Positions 5,457-5,481 of a stretch of 5,481 nt of DNA are shown one piece after another. Under the pieces are notes generated by a model, which was not told the origin of the DNA, did no database searches, and worked only from the letters and a program-made list of their open reading frames with translations. Source of the stretch: Thecamonas trahens ATCC 50062 (lineage: Eukaryota; Protista; Apusomonadida). The translations under genes and the position numbers were made by a program. Numbering within the stretch: position 1 is the stretch's first letter; each line of letters opens with the position of its first letter. The stretch lies in contig NW_013657572.1 of NCBI RefSeq assembly GCF_000142905.1, positions 1 to 5,481 on the forward strand, read 5' to 3'.

Positions 5457-5481
5457 CTACAGCAGGGAAGTGGATGGGGAA
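5457..5481 (-). other. 3' end of a spliceosomal intron (polypyrimidine tract + TAG acceptor), phase 0, in the WDR47 gene
   Basis: The minus strand reads TTCCCCATCCACTTCCCTGCTGTAG|TCGTTTCTG. The TAG is an in-frame stop if unspliced, no ATG lies between it and the conserved LisH/CTLH sequence, and LisH similarity begins mid-motif right after the AG. Confidence 0.8.

Noticed and set aside
1-5481. The three genes as one functional cluster (e.g. GTP supply for ciliary microtubules) or a prokaryotic defence-like system
   Set aside because: Adjacency in a compact eukaryotic genome is not evidence of shared function, and the genes do not share a promoter. Only conserved synteny or co-expression across species would support it, and neither can be seen here.

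Overview
GC-rich, gene-dense, intron-poor eukaryotic DNA, probably from a flagellated protist (inference). It is not prokaryotic: it carries a WDR47 orthologue and a spliceosomal acceptor site. There are three genes. (1) The 3' part of an unrecognised low-complexity protein on + (<1..1202), ending in an Arg/Gly-rich tail and RVQP-stop. (2) An intronless guanylate kinase on + (1589..2335) with a probable mitochondrial presequence and downstream in-frame ATGs. (3) A convergent WDR47/nemitin-type LisH-CTLH-WD40 gene on -, with one long exon (5456..2373) preceded by the 3' end of an intron; its first exon lies outside the window. The two convergent stop codons are only 37 bp apart. The 386-bp spacer before the kinase is strongly C/A-skewed and holds a 13-bp duplication, (GC)6(CCG)4, a TTGGC/GCCAA cluster, an upstream ORF in strong Kozak context and a 77-nt G-free tract. 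I see no mobile element, CRISPR array or RNA gene, and no firm evidence for a new multi-gene system. The best leads are dual targeting of the kinase, possibly uORF-controlled, a possible ciliary theme (WDR47 plus an RVxP-tailed orphan), and very compact 3' ends.
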